Shown: positions 1-14,440 of the stretch, one piece after another
How the letters are laid out: the number at the start of each line of letters is the position of its first letter
Position numbering within the stretch: the first letter of the stretch is position 1
Assembly: GCA_028023455.1 (NCBI GenBank)
Contig: JAQFVV010000009.1
Location: 15,872,001-15,936,000, forward strand
Origin: Epiperipatus broadwayi
Taxonomy: Eukaryota; Animalia; Onychophora
Reading direction: 5' to 3'
Length of the DNA stretch: 64,000 nucleotides
Notes under the pieces: generated by a model
What the model was told of the DNA's origin: nothing
Seen by the model: only the letters and a program-made list of their open reading frames with translations
Databases searched by the model: none
Program-made: the position numbers and the translations under genes

Positions 1-680
1 GAAAAATGGATTTAGATGTTGAGGTACAGCACAAACTCCAGCATGTTGTTGCTACTTTTAATACATTAAAAGATAAGGTCTTTCATCACAATGAAATAAC
101 TACTGCAGTAAAAATTTAAAAAATAAAATGACAAGTTCATAAAACCAATCAGTATGTTTTTCATTTTTTCTGGATATAATACTAAATTCACTATATTGTA
201 AAATCACAACCTCATTGAATTAAATGTGTGAAATAAATGAATAATCCAAGATTTCCTATAAAGATGTTTTTTGGTGAGCTTGAATATGATTTTCATGGGA
301 AAGATAGATTCCAACTACATTATAAAGATTACCTCTGAGATATTCTAAACTAAAGTGTTGATTGTTTTCAATGAAAAGATGTGACAGAGAATTGATATAT
401 TGAAGAGCTATTTTTAGACATGGTGTTAAAGTATTTTAGAAAGAAAAGTTTTCTATAAAAGTTAAAAGATACCATTGCAAAATATTAAATTAATATAATA
501 ATAAACTAGCATGTTTGTTATATGGATGTTTTTGTAGTTCACAGATTGGTTTGTATAGTCATTCTAAAACTCAATTCTAGTTTATTATTAGATGTAGATT
601 TTTTATTTGCTTTTACATCTTAAAATTAGAATGGCTACACTCACTCATAACTGCTGATGATAATGTTCTTAGAGAAACTC
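1..680 (+). mobile_element. Degenerate RTE-BovB-like LINE 3' fragment (runs off window start)
   Basis: Broken frames read DLDVEVQHKLQHVVATFNTLKDKVF, RFPIKMFFGELEYD, HYKDYL and CSSQIGLYSHSKT, resembling RTE-BovB ORF C-terminal motifs (xPKQIFYGEL, RYKDxL, SRIGLxSH); homologous to the copy at 27900-29300. Confidence 0.7.
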
Positions 681-1286
681 TTTTTTTCCAAAGTTTCAGA
701 AACATGGCTAAATATTAGGGGTGGTAAATTTATTCAAGAAAAAGATGCATAGTGTTAGATTTGCTGTGAAGTGTAACAATTTCTACTCCGGAATTTGTAA
801 ATAGATAGATGAAAGACTGATTTAAAATTTAGTTTGCAAACGATACCTGTCTCATTTTATCATTCTTATTCTCCAACATTAGGTTCAGAAAGTTCAGGGA
901 ATAGCTATTATTTTATTGGTATATCAACACCAATTAAAGATTGAATTGTTCTTATGGAGATTTTTAATGCATGTATTGAAAAAAGAATTGTGGCCCAAGT
1001 TATTGGAAGCAAACTTATTAACTAATTAAACTCAAATGATCTGTTATTGAATCTTGCACATTATATAATTTGGTTATCACAAACTCTTTATCATAAAAAT
1101 TGTTGTAAGCAATGATATTTTATAGATTGTGTAAAAAGATAATATGCTGGCATAGATTGTTTGACTGATCACAGATTTGTATCCTCAGGATTATTGTAGC
1201 AGTTGTATTAAAAAATAGATCATATCTCAAACGTATTGCCAGGAAATTTGATGTTCATTGTTCAATGTTATCTGCTAGTCATGCAA

Positions 1287-4020
1287 TTTTTTTTTTTTTT
1301 TTAAACAAAGAATCTTTATTCAATGCTAATTTTTACAGTGAAATAACATAGTGGTTGATATACAATCTATACTTACAATTTTAAACTCCAAAAATAATCA
1401 TTCTTGACAGCCAGTATGCATTGTCTGGTGTCCTATTTAGCACAAACATGTTCTCAAGAAAAATTCAGATCGAACCTGGTCCAATAGGAAAGGCAATTAA
1501 GCTCCATGTTGCTACGTTGAATATCCATCCGGTGATGTCAGTATTCTATCTCTAAGCTTACATCATTTGAGCATATTGTGGAATAAGTTCACAGTGTTCT
1601 TTGTTATTGAGTTAAACATGATCTTACATTTGATAGACCATAAAATATACAACAGGAATATCAACATCCTCATGGAGGCAAAATATCCACTTTTAATACA
1701 ATCCAATGAGAAAAGGGAAGGTTTTGATTGTTTTGTATTAGGTAGTGCTTCATTTCTATGTATATTGAGTACCCAACAATGGAATAGAACGTGAGGAGGG
1801 ATTTTTTTTTTCCTCAGACAAAATTGACATATAGGATTAATTTTGGTAATCTCTCTTTTAAGTGACAGAAAAAAAATTGGTTGGCAAAGCTTCCAGGTTA
1901 ACTTTCAAAACAAAGTCCAGATATCTGGGCTCTAAGGTCCATAGTCTAAATTTCCTTTGTCACCCCCAAGAGAGTCGACTCCAGGTGGGAAGAATTACAT
2001 ACGATGTTATAGGCATGCCAATATGTTACTTTCCTATTGAAAGTATTGCCCAAGATTGGAATATGCTTCTCAAGTTGGCCGACCAGAAGAGCTATCCAGG
2101 TTAGTCCATTAGGTGATGTATGATCGGTAGGTATTATTTTAGAAAGGAAGTCTGCTTTAGGGTAATTATGTAGTAGTCTGTTGAATGATTTCTGAAATAG
2201 CAACATTGTGATGGAATGTAAAGAGAGACCATTAAGATTGGATGGCCTTTGAAGTTTGTTTAGACTAAATCACAAAATTTTCCTGCCCCCAATTAGTTTG
2301 TCATATAAGGCATTGACTTTTCTTATGAAAGAATGGGTGAAATTAGAAGTAGGCAAGAAGTAGATTAACCTCGGATAAATTAGCATATTTATTAAAAAGA
2401 TATTTGCGTGGATCGATAGGTATACTCAAGAAAGGGCATCTGTGATATTGTTGGTAGCAAGGATGATGTGTTCCTGAAAATGGATCTTCTCATTGCAATA
2501 GGTAATAGGTGTACCGGAAACCCCAAGAATTTTTGGGGCTTTGCTGAAAATTGAGATATAACCTTTGAGCCTGAGGATAGTCTCCATGCTGATGATTTTT
2601 CATTATTAAAATGAAGTCCAGATTGGTTTGTGAAGTTTTCTAGGATGGTTCCTAATTTGGGGATGAATTTACCGGATGGCAGAAAGACGACCATATTGTT
2701 CATATAAGTAATATGAGAGACTGGTTTCTGTATTGACTGAATGTAAATACCTGGAAGTTTCTCCTCCAGTTCTACCAAGAGTGAGTTGATGTAAGTGATA
2801 AACACCAGTGCACTCAAGGGTGAGCCCTGGGGAATGGAGTTGCAAGGCTTGAATCCAGGTGCAACTATCATTTAGGGTGATAAAAAATCTCATGGTTGTT
2901 TAGTAAGTTTGCACAATGCAAAGTAAGAAACCTAGGACTCCATAGTTTTCCAGCAGTTCCAACAGGACATCTATACAAACCATATCAAAAGCAGCCACTA
3001 TATGTGTGTGTATGACTATAGGGCTGGACTTTCTATTATCTCTTACATGATCTTGTACAAGTTTGAATAAACAAATGAAGATTTACATTTTGCAAATTGG
3101 AACTGTGAGATAGGATGTTATCTGGATATTTTCCTTTATGATGGATTCTATTTTTTCATTATTGGAGTCATAGAAATAGGTCTCTAATGGCAAAGGGAGG
3201 ATTTGTTTTTTTAGGAAGGGGTCCAAGGAAATGGGGTAAAGTCCAGTGATTGTCTGATTCTGGGTAGATAGGAGGTTAATCATCTTAAGAATAATAGGCA
3301 CTGTAAATTTATTTAGATGGAGGAGGAGGAATTTGGGAATTGAATGCAGCCCAGGATGAACATCACCAGGAAGTGCCTTTAATTTCAGGACAATGTCCGA
3401 TGCCAGTATACTATGATTTTGTTCTTCAGGCTCATTGCCCCAGTCATGTTCTTCAAGCTGATTGCCCCAGTAGTTATTTTGTATTAAACCAGGATTAAAA
3501 AGTTTGGTTTTATAGTGCAGAAGGATTTCATGTAGCATAGAGAGTCCATATTGATTTCCTTTCATATGATTGAGAATGGGACGGATTTGTTTCCTCTGAT
3601 CTCTAACGCCCAGTGAATATATCCCTCATCCAAGAGTCAGGTTGGGAGAGATAAACCTTAGATTCTTTTAAATCAATAGATATTCAGCAAGGGCACATTG
3701 CTTATTTTTGTATTGTCATTTTTTTAAGTCCATAATGGCATTAATGTTAGTTGTGTTACAGGGTAGAGATTTCAACTTTTTGCTAATTGCTTCAATTTCC
3801 TTGAGGTGACCAATAAGGCCTTGAGTTTTGCTGGTAAAATGCCTAATAATGGTTTGAAGGATGTTCATGAAACAGAACCATTCATCAGTTGGCTGTAAAG
3901 ATAGGATTTTAATCTTATGAACATAAATATAAGCTGCTGAAACAATGACTTCAGAAGTACTCTGATAAGATCTAAAGTTAGCAGTGATTTTAATATCCAT
4001 TGATAGGCTCAAGATTTTAA
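1287..4020 (-). mobile_element. 5'-truncated L1/Tx1-like LINE, degenerate RT
   Basis: Minus strand: IVAAFDMV (KAFDxV motif), IPQGSPLSALVFITYINSLL, SGLHFNNEKS, CQFC zinc-finger start, YILWSIKCKIMFN; AATAAA (1320-1315) 12 nt before a 16-nt poly(A) (T-run 1287-1302). No TSD found; 5' boundary approximate. Confidence 0.85.
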
Positions 4021-5099
4021 CAGCTGTTTAACACAAATTTGTAAATTTACAGTTTTAAACTAGTCGTAGAATGTGTGTTGCAGAATAAACTATTCTTGGC
4101 TATAGTAAAATAATCCTAATTGGTTTTCATAATGTACTATTAGTAAATTGATTCAATTCTATCTTTGGTTTTAAACTTTGACATTCAATGATTGGCAAAC
4201 AGATAATGACTATTGAATTAAAATTATATAGGAGTTACAGTAATCATTTAAAATATTTTTCACATATTGAAAGCAACATATGGGCCTGAAATGTCATAAT
4301 GATATAATAGTTGAACTAAAATAGATATATAGGATATTGATTATTCTCATAAATGCATTAAATTATTCTCCCAAAATTATTATATGGATATGATATTTGG
4401 ACTCTTGTGCAAACTTTTAGGATGCTCCATAATATTCTAAAATAGCATGTCAAGATTAAAACAGACAAAAACTCTCTATACATATTGCCACTCAGTGCAA
4501 GCCAGAGTAATCAATGGATGCCAGAAGGCTTGTGCATAAAATCCCCATCTAGTTCCTACTCATTCAATATTCCCAGACTAGTTTTTGGATTGTGGCCTTC
4601 GTTAGTGAGGAGTCTTGGATCTGAGAGCATTGCACCTAGATCTTAGGATCTAATGCAACCCTCCAGAAGCCATCTTTTGTCTCTACCTAACTACAAAACT
4701 ATAGTCTTAAATTGAAAATGCCATAATATTTTCAATCCAAGTTCATTAGCCTATATATTTATAGGTCTGAACTTACTTCAGTACCATTTTGGTGTCTTTG
4801 GTTCTTTAATAGCCATAACCATCACTATCCTATTAGGCAGGATTGGTTTTAAGCCAATAAACATCACATGATCACTATTTTTTATGCTTGCTCTTAACTG
4901 TTGTTAAAACAGGCAAAAACTCTCTATATGTATTGATTATGTGATGTTTATTGGCTTAAAACTATGTTCTTATTGGATATGATTTATTGAATCTACAATT
5001 ATAAAGGCATTTTTTCATTGGATTGGGTATATGAAGAGTAATTGATTTTCTGGAAGAAATGTGTTTTATTCATGGCCCCATTTGCAATATCTTGAAGAT

Positions 5100-6022
5100 A
5101 TTAAAGTGAAAGTATTGAACTTTTTACAGCAGTGCTGCAATAAATATTTTGTGGATTAAAATGGGAAGTGAAAGGAGTGAAAATAAAGGGAGATTATTTA
5201 AGTCATTTAGATTTTGCAGATAATATAGTTGTTTTACAAATAATGCTTTAGAGCTGCAGGAAATGTTGCAAGAGTTATCAGATGAAAGTAGAAAAGTAGG
5301 ACTAAAGATAAATGTTAAAAAGACTAAAGTAATGTTTAATGGATTTTCTCAAAATATGAAAATAGTAATGTTTAATGGATTTTCTCAAAATATGAAAATA
5401 AAGATTGATTATGATGGGTTAGAAGAAGTTAACATTTACAAATACTTTGGTCAGATTATTAATATGAATGGAAACATAATGGATGAAATTAATCATAGAA
5501 TAAAACTTGGTTGGAGTGCTTTTGGTAGATAACTTGATACTAAAAGGAAATATGCCTATGTGTTTGAAAAGGAAAGTTTTTAATAAATGTGTTTTACCAG
5601 TTCTTACTTATGGATCTGAGACTTGGACACTTAATAGAAGAGCAATACAGAGACTTCAAACCACTCAAAGAAGTATGGAGAGATGTATGATGGAAGTAAC
5701 AAGAAGAAATCGAAAATGCAATATATGAGTAAGAGAAAAAACAGGTGTTACTGACCTCATTGAAAAAAATTAAAAGACAAGTGGAATTGGGCTGGACATA
5801 TTGCTAGAAGAGATGATAATAGATGGACAATTGAAATCTTAAATTGGATTTTCCGAGATTGTAAAAGACCCAGAAAGAAATCACATGTGAGATGGATGGA
5901 TGAAATAAGAAAGTGTGCAGGGATGTTGTGGAGAAGAGAAGCTAAAGATTGGAGAAGATGGATTGAACTTGGAGAGACCTTCATTCTGCAATGGATTGAT
6001 AATGGTTGATGATGATGATGAT
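5100..6022 (+). mobile_element. 5'-truncated RTE-clade LINE (RT C-terminal half)
   Basis: LFTAVLQ..HLDFADNIV, LQELSDESRKVGLKINVKKTKVM, LTYGSETWTL, KWNWAGHIARR; ends in (TGA)n at 6007-6021; stops and frameshifts present. Confidence 0.9.
5328..5399 (+). repeat. Perfect 36-bp tandem duplication inside the RTE fragment
   Basis: AGTAATGTTTAATGGATTTTCTCAAAATATGAAAAT at 5328-5363 and 5364-5399; gives VMFNGFSQNMKI twice in frame. Confidence 0.95.
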
Positions 6023-6170
6023 TGATTATTTTCTATATGACTGAGAATAGAATACTGTAGAGAGATATAGAGAGGGAAAAGCTGAAGTATTTGAGGGGAA
6101 AAAAATTGGTTGAAGTTAAAAAACAATGTTGCAAGATTTCAAATAAAAACTAAAAAGACAAGATGTAATC

Positions 6171-6494
6171 CAGGGGTCCCAACCCTATGCCCACGGGCAT
6201 CATGGCACCCGCAGACCATTTTATGTGTGCCCGCCGCTATCCTAACACGATAAAAAATTATTTATCTGATACAAATAAATTTAATTTTTAAAATTTCTTA
6301 TAAATTATTGTATTACACTGTATATTGTAACTAAATTGTAGGGCATACTATATTTTTACAGCGTAAATAAATATTTTTTTGTACATTATTAACAATATCC
6401 AACTATAAATTTACATCAAAAAAATAAATGGTGCCCGCCACCTGGCCGGTATTATAGAATGTGCTCTTAAGTGCAAAAAGGTTGGAGACCCCTG
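6171..6494. mobile_element. 324-bp hAT-superfamily MITE
   Basis: TIRs CAGGGGTCCCAACC / GGTTGGAGACCCCTG; perfect 8-bp TSD ATGTAATC at 6163-6170 and 6495-6502. Confidence 0.92.
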
Positions 6495-7254
6495 ATGTAA
6501 TCTATGTAGATGTATTAATGTTTTATTGGTTAATATATATATATAATTATTAATATGAAATGAAATGGGAAATTTTTCAGCTAAATAAACTCGGAATTTA
6601 GTTTAAGTTGCCAATTAAGCCACTCATATGATATTGTTTAGTAAATAAGTATTAATTAGTTTTAGCTAAAAATTTTATGCAACATTGATTTCAAATGTAT
6701 AAATATTTTCTATAGAACACCACAATAAGTTCAATAAGGGCAGTGTGTCACTGCTGTACTCATTTTAAGAAGACATCAAAGGCTATATATATATTCTACA
6801 TTTTAATGGTGTAAATGGCTAAAGTAAATCATATTTAGGGGATTCCAATCAAGGATCATTTATCATTTATTATAATATCCATTGATTAATTATTTTAGCT
6901 TGCTTTCAGGCAGAGAATTCAGTATATCTATATTCAAGTGCACATTAACACAAACATTTATATGATGCTAAATAATAGACGTTTAAATTTTCTAAAAAAA
7001 TATTTGAAACTATTTGTTTTATTTAGTTTATCTTATTTTATCAGTCAAATTATTTATATAATTCTTTTAAAACCTTTAATTGTTTTTATTATTTATTAGT
7101 AGTAAAAGATTACAAAGATTACTGCTTCATCATTTAGCATTTATTTTTTCACTCTGTAAACTTTATTATCAGTTTAACCTCTGACATGTAGATCTTGATT
7201 TAAAGGTTGATTGATATGTCATTGAAAGTTTGTACTGTGTTATTTTCATTGCAG

Positions 7255-7426
7255 TTGCCTGGTCCTAATGTACCCTTGCAAAACATGACACCTCTTGTTA
7301 TCCCAAAGACCAGTATTTCATGTCCTGCTGATCCTATGAAAATCAAACAAGAACCTTATACTCTCACTGAAGCAGAGTTGCGAGCTATTACTAAAGACAG
7401 GATTAAAAAGGACAATCACAACATGA
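7255..7426 (+). CDS. Mitf: Mitf/TFE-family coding exon (14-3-3 SCP motif, SUMO site, start of basic region)
   Basis: TTGCAG acceptor and GTGAGT donor; 172 nt = LPGPNVPLQNMTPLVIPKTSISCPADPMKIKQEPYTLTEAELRAITKDRIKKDNHNM + A; joins next exon as A|TT (Ile), giving NHNMIERRRR. Confidence 0.95.
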
Positions 7427-9644
7427 GTGAGTAGAATATGGTTTTTATATATAAATATATTTTTTATTTGTTAATTCTTTGTGTAATGCTGTGCCATGAT
7501 GTATTAGAAAGCATGGCAATTTTTTTTTCGTTCTTATCACCTAGATAATAAATATATTGTTCAATATCTCAGACTCTAATATAATTCATACAATTTTGTC
7601 AACCTTTTAGATAATAAACATTCTAATAATAATAATAATAGTACTTATTCTATTAAGTGAAAATTTTGGGGTGATCCAGGATTTGGAAGCAAAGAAATAG
7701 CTGTTAAGTAGTAATGTTATTAATATATATATATATTTATTTTTTTAATCCAAGTTTATCCAATTAGGCTGTACTATTGATGCCCTTGTGGCATAATAAT
7801 TAGTGTATTAATTTATTGGTACCTGGGATTCAATCAGGGATGAATGGGCTTTGAGATTTTTTCATAGTTGAAAATTTCTATGTAAGCTTGAACTTTTTCC
7901 AATAGCTAACTCAGTTCTCCATCTCTGTATTAGTTATTAAAGGTATCTAGTTATTCTTAGTTAGGATTGTTCATTTGAATGTCACATAAAACATATGATA
8001 GTAATATGATGCAATCTTTATCTGGTAAAGAAAATATTCTATAACTATGAATGATAAGCTAAAATTTTATTTTTACTTCTTCAAAGAATGATGAGATTAC
8101 CTAAATCAATTCTAGAAATAATGAGACCAGGAAATAAATTTAGGCTAAGCAGCTTTGATAACATTTTATTTGAAATATTGTTTCCATTTTAATTTTTTTT
8201 TTCCTAATGGACTGTCATGCTGCTTAGAATGAATTACGAAGAAACTAATAGTGTGAAAAAATTTAAGAGTAGTAAGCCTGCATTTTTCAATATTAAGGAA
8301 TTGAATCTTAACATATTTTGTTTTTAACACACAAAGATAGGCTTCATTTATGATTTTAAATAACCAGAAAGTCATAATTTACTAAATTAAAAGCCATTGT
8401 TATATTGACCAATCATGAGAAGAAATAATCAAATAACAATATGTAATACATACATAGATTTTAAAATAATTTTGGAAGTGAAATATAGTTTATTAGATGG
8501 AGGCTATCCAATCTTTATTAGAAATACAAAGAAGAAAAGATGTCCGTATCATTGACTAAGATAAGTGATTGCTTCTGTATTGAGTCTTAGTTGCTTATGT
8601 TCAGAAAAATATGCCATACTCTTAATAACATCACATGTCTACGTTCTTTTTAATAAGCAAAAAAAAGTCAAATTTGGCACAAATTGTAATACTTTTTTTA
8701 AAAATTATTGGCTAGATTTTGTCTTCAAAGCATTTGCTATGTTCTTTTAGAAAGATTTAAGAGAATATTTAAGATGAAAGACTTGGCTTGGGGATATTGC
8801 ATTGAATTCTGCATAATTCTGCAACTTGGAAGAATACATTGCTTATGCAAATGATTTAAACTATATCTTCTCCAAACCAAATTTGAGATTATTTATGAAT
8901 TAACCATCAGACTCGTGAATGCAGCCTGTGATGTTTTAATAAAACATTTTTTGTATGCACATATTTATATATGTATAGATACATAAAATAGCCCACTGCA
9001 GGACAAATTTCTTTCCAACACCTCCCTATAGAAGAATGAAGTCTTTATATCAATTGCTAAATGGTGAGAGTTTAAATGGTTTATAGACAACCATATTCAT
9101 TTTCTTAAGGTAACTCTTTATCATATGACTTCCTTTGAATGGACTTCTTTGTTTCCTCAGCTTTTTCCATATACTGTATGTATATGTATAATTATTCTAA
9201 AATAAATTGTGCTAAAAGTTCAAACATCTATGTTATATACAGAATGCCCTAAAAGTACTCAGAAAATATAATCGTTTTTAATATAACTACCTTTTTAAAA
9301 AAATATTAGTTCTAAACATTATTTAATTATTTGATACTACACAAAGTTGTTAGTCAGTTTATTCATTTATTTGTCATTTACTCTATGGGGATTACTTTAT
9401 TTATGCTAATTTTATTCTGTGATTGATTTCTTGAGATTATATAGCTTATGGCATTTTGTTTAATATGTAGATGGATTCATGAGATGTTTCTACTTTATTC
9501 TAATATTATTATTTTAATATATGTGTGCTATTTGTAATGATAGTTTTAAATATAAGTTTTTCATGTATCATTGTGTTCATCTTGCCATCGTATTTTATTT
9601 TAATTGGAAATAAAAATATTTTGAATTTTTAAAAATATAGATTT

Positions 9645-12600
9645 GTTGATACTAGATGGCAGCATTACCAAATCGCCATCACTAAAATTATTTGTAAAAT
9701 TAATAGTAAGAAAGTTATTTCTAAATGTAATGGAGAAGAAAGAATTAAAAGAATTTATAAAAGAGTAGTTAGAAAAGAAGAAATTGTTAAAATTGGGTTT
9801 TTGAATATGCAAGGTGGTAGGAGACCAGAAAAGTGGATGGAATTAAATAAAATAATTGAAAATGAAGAGCATGAGGTATTAGCAGCAGTGGAAACACATC
9901 TAAGAAAAGAAGAAGAATCTATTTTGGAACAGTTGGTATGGCAGGGTATAAATAGAAACAAAAAAGAAAAAAGGGGTGTTGGTATAAGTGTTATATCAAA
10001 AAAATATTTAAATATTGTTAAATGTCAAGAACATTTGTGGTTTGAAATAAGGTTGGATAGATATAGTCACTGGAGATAGTCAAATTATAATGGAGTGGAA
10101 CAGTAACATATATGAATGTCCAGTTAAGGATATATAAAGTTTTAAAGAAAAGGGGAAGAGAGTAATGGTTACAAGGGATATGAATGGACATATTGAAGAA
10201 ATTGATGATGTAGATAATAAAAATGGACAGCTTTTGAAGAAATTTTGTCAGAAAGTGAATTTGAGTATTGGAAATTTATTAAATATTTATGAGGGACAAT
10301 ACACATGGTCTAGAAATAATATATTTCACACAATATATTATGTATTGGTAGAGAAAGAGGGAATGAATAAAATACCGAAAATTAAAGTGTTTGATAATGA
10401 AGAAAAAGTATGCACTAGTAATCATAACTTCATTGTAATTGAAATGGTTAGTAATGTGATGGAGAATAGAAATAAAAGTAGAAATAATAGTGAAAGATGT
10501 GGATGGATGAGTGATAAGAATAAGTTGGAAGAGTATAAAATACACGTTGAAGAAATCATGGAAGAGTTGGTTGGGGATGAGTGAGTATAAGGACTAGTGT
10601 AAAGAAGTAGAAAAAGTGGCAAATAGGGTTTTAGGTGAGAATATTCAGAAGAATAAAAGTTATAAAAAATGAGAATTAGTAAAAGTGTAAAAGAGAAGAA
10701 AGAAGCATGCAGAGAATATAAGTGTGCTATTAAGAACAAGGAAAGTGAAAAAAATATTAATGCTAAATGGGAAAAATACTTAGAAAAGAAGAAGTTGGCT
10801 AAAATATATAATTATAGAGAGAGAATGAAATTGAATAGTAAATCGTTGGAGGATATTAATAAAAGTGGGAGAGATGGGAGTAAAAAAATTTGAAATTACA
10901 TTAAAAGGAGAAATGTAGGGGGGGGGGGAGAGAGAGAGTTATTAGATGATGAGGGAATAGAGTGTAACTAGAGAAGATTTAGAAATAATCTTAAATAGAT
11001 ATGTAATGAATATAGAAAATATGTGAAGGATAGAGTGATAGAAAACATGAAAGCATATAGTAATGGGAATATTAGGTTTACAGAAAATGAACTGAATATC
11101 TTGAAAAGTGGAAAGGCAAAAGGTTTAGATGGATGGGCAGTTGAGATGGTAATGAATTTAAAATATAGGGCAAAAGTAAAGTTATTATCCTGTTTTAATA
11201 AGATGGCACAGAATGGAGTTTTTCCGAGTAATTGGAGTAATACAAGAGTAAGATTATTATTTAAAGGAAAGGGTAAGGATTATAGAAAGTTAAATAATTA
11301 TAGACTGATAGCTGTAACATCAGTTTTATATAAAGTTTTCTCATATATGGTGGCTAGAAGAGTTGTAAAGTGGATGGAAGAGAATAATGTAGTGGGGGAA
11401 ATGCAAGGAGGTTTTAGATTAGATAGGTGTATAGGAGATAGTTAATTTGTAGTTACACAACTTATGGATATGAGTAGGAATTCAGATAAACAATTATTTA
11501 TGAGTTTTATAGATATAGAGAAGGCATATGATAGAGTAAATAGAAATAGATTATGGATAAGTTTAGCAAATTTGGGAATGGATGAAGCTTTAGTGGATAT
11601 TATTAAGAAATTATATGAAAATAATTATTATATATATCAATTAGGGAATATAGAATCAGTTAAAGTTAAAAATGGGGTGGGACTATGACAAGGATGCCCT
11701 ATGTAACCTATTTTGTTTGTGTTGTATTTGAGTGAAATGAAAAGAGCAATAGAAAGATTAGGGATAGAAATACCGTTAATAGGTAGTAAGGGAGTTTTTG
11801 CAGACGATATACTTTTGTGTGTAGATGATATATTTATATTTTGTGTGCAGAAAGAAGAGAAGATATGGAAGTTATGCTGAGGACATGTGCAAGGGTGGTA
11901 AAGAGATGGAGATTAAATTTAGTGAAGAAAAATCAAATATAATGATGGTTAATACTGGGGAAAGAGAAGATGTAGAATTTTTATTGGGAGATATTAAGTT
12001 AAGTGTGGTGAATAGATATAGTTATTTGGGAATTATTTTAAGTAATCAGAAAAATTATTTGGATGAATGGGAGAAAAAATTGATAAATGAAGCAAAGAAA
12101 AGAAAGGGATTGATAAAGAAATTAACAGTGTTTTCATATAATAAATATGATGTAGCTAGAATTATATGGAAGGGAATTGCAGTAGCAGGGTTAACATATT
12201 GTAATGATGCATTATGTGTTAGTAAAGGGGTATTAAATTACTTAGAAAAAGTTCAAAGGGAAGTAGGAAGACATGCATTGGATGCAGATGTATAGACAGC
12301 AAGGGGGCAATTCAAGGAGAAATGGGATGGCCAAGTTTTCATATGAGAGATACAAAATGTAAAATGAAAATGTTTGGTAGATTACAGTTTATGGATAATA
12401 AAAGAATAGCCAAAATAGTATTTAATTGGGTTATGAGTAAAGGGCAGGCAACAAGATGGGTGAGAAAGGTAATGTGGTATGCAAAAGATTTGGATAAAGA
12501 ATTTATATCAGTATATTTGTACAAAAGATGGGATGATTGTGTTAGGAGGATTGTTGAGTGTTATAGTGGTAAGGAATGGGATAAAAGAATAGATTTATTA

Positions 12601-13159
12601 ATAAAGAATAGGGAGTTAGAGAGATGGAGAACTAGTATGGAGAGTAAAAAGAGTTTAAATATATATAGAAATAAACAGAATATTAGGTGCGAGTTAATAT
12701 ATGGTAATAGTAAGGAAAGTAGTTTATTGTTTAAGGCTCGAACGGGATCTTTAGCAACAAGAGAATATACATGTAAATGGAAAAATATGGGTGATTTAGT
12801 CTGTAAATTATGTAAGGAAGGAATAGAAAATATTAGGCATCTGTTAATTGAATGTAAATGCTTGAAAACAGAAAGGGCACATATAATGAAGTTATGGAAG
12901 AATAAATATGAAAAAAGTGATTATACAGAAAGTGGATTATTGGTTTTTATGCTGGGTTTGGGAAAAGATAAGAGGGATTTAGATATAAAGGCCATAGAGT
13001 TGACAAAGATTATGTTGTGGAAATGGGATGGAGCAGAATATGGGAAAACTTAGACTGGGGAATGGAAAATAAAGTAGCTAACAAGTTTCTCTGGGCATAA
13101 TTGCTGAGAGATTCTTGACTTCATTTAAGGAGAAGCTACAGCATATCACATCACATCAC
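9645..13159 (+). mobile_element. Near-complete ORF2 of an APE-endonuclease/RT LINE (clade not assigned), degenerate
   Basis: EN: IGFLNMQGGRR, VETHL, DMNGH; RT: KAKGLDG, NYRLIAVTSVLYK, QGGFR, FIDIEKAYDRV, QGCP, FADDI; C-terminal LLFKARTG and CKLC..ENIRHLLIEC; 3' (ATCAC)n tail; candidate 7-bp TSD TAGATTT (9638-9644, 13160-13166). Confidence 0.9.
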
Positions 13160-14440
13160 TAGATTTAAATATATAATAAATTTTATTTACCTTGAGCAAT
13201 AAATAAAAATAATGGTATTTTCATAATGGTAGTAACAAATGATTTTAGAAGAAGATATTCAGAAGAAGATATAAATGACTATAAAGAATTATTGAATGTT
13301 CTTAAATCATTTTATAATCACTTTGAGGAAATGAGTATTTTATGAGACTCGATAATGAATGGGAAATTAAATATATCCTATAATGACATATTAATAAATT
13401 TTTTAGATTTTTGTGAAGTTTTGTATTTATAAAAATAAGATTATTTACAAGATATGGACTACAGTATCTAGATTACTTTTTGGTGATTTTTTAAAGGTAA
13501 AACTAATTAGGAAATTGGGGATGGGTGGGTGGTTATGAGTTTGGCATATGGATTTTTTTTTAAATATAGCTTAATTATTAAAAAAATATCTTAAAGAAAC
13601 CTGTAGAGATTTCAATCATAGATGAATCACTAATGGCTTTATTAAGTCCTTTAATTTTATCACTATAAACATAGATTTGACAGTCATTAACTTTGTGATT
13701 TTGTTTGGATTTGTCCACTTCTACATAGATCAATGACTGTTAAATTTCATTTATGAAGCAGACAAGCACAGTGACTATGAGTTAGTTTCAATCTTTGATG
13801 AGACTCAATTTGCATCTACAAAGATGAAATCCCATTGTAACCTCATAAGAAAAACATTTTTCATGCTTTGATTCTTGAGTTGTAGATACTTGAATAAATA
13901 TCCAGAAAGGAAATTTTAATTTGAGGTGAGTCTTAAGTTCAAACTATATCTTTAGTTATAATAATTGGTAAGCCTGATCAAACTTAAAAGCTCTTTATAT
14001 ATTTTCTATAAGACAATTTCTCTTCTGGTATGGAGGAATATATGAAATATTAGGGAGCCATTGAAAAAAAATAGATTTATGACTATTAATGATATTTCTC
14101 ATAGTAATATTCAATTGATTATCTAGAACAGTGTTTCCCAAACTTTTTTGGCTCGTGTATCACTTGGTAGTACATCACGCTAAATTGTACCACCTTGTAA
14201 AAATGATTGTATTTCGTGAAATTTGTTATTGCGAGTGTGTTATTTTATTTGCATTATAAATATTATAAGGTGACCATGTATGTATTCACATCTCATAATG
14301 AGACAAATTACATTGAAACACGCCTAAACGTCACGCCAGATTATAAACTCACTGAAATTATAAACTCACTAACATATTTATATGTATGTGTTTGTTCAAA
14401 GTTTCATATTTTTTCCAAAATAATTTATTAAAGATTACAT

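Noticed and set aside
4490-4720. GC-richer block that might be a SINE on the minus strand
   Set aside because: No A/B boxes, tail or second copy recognised.
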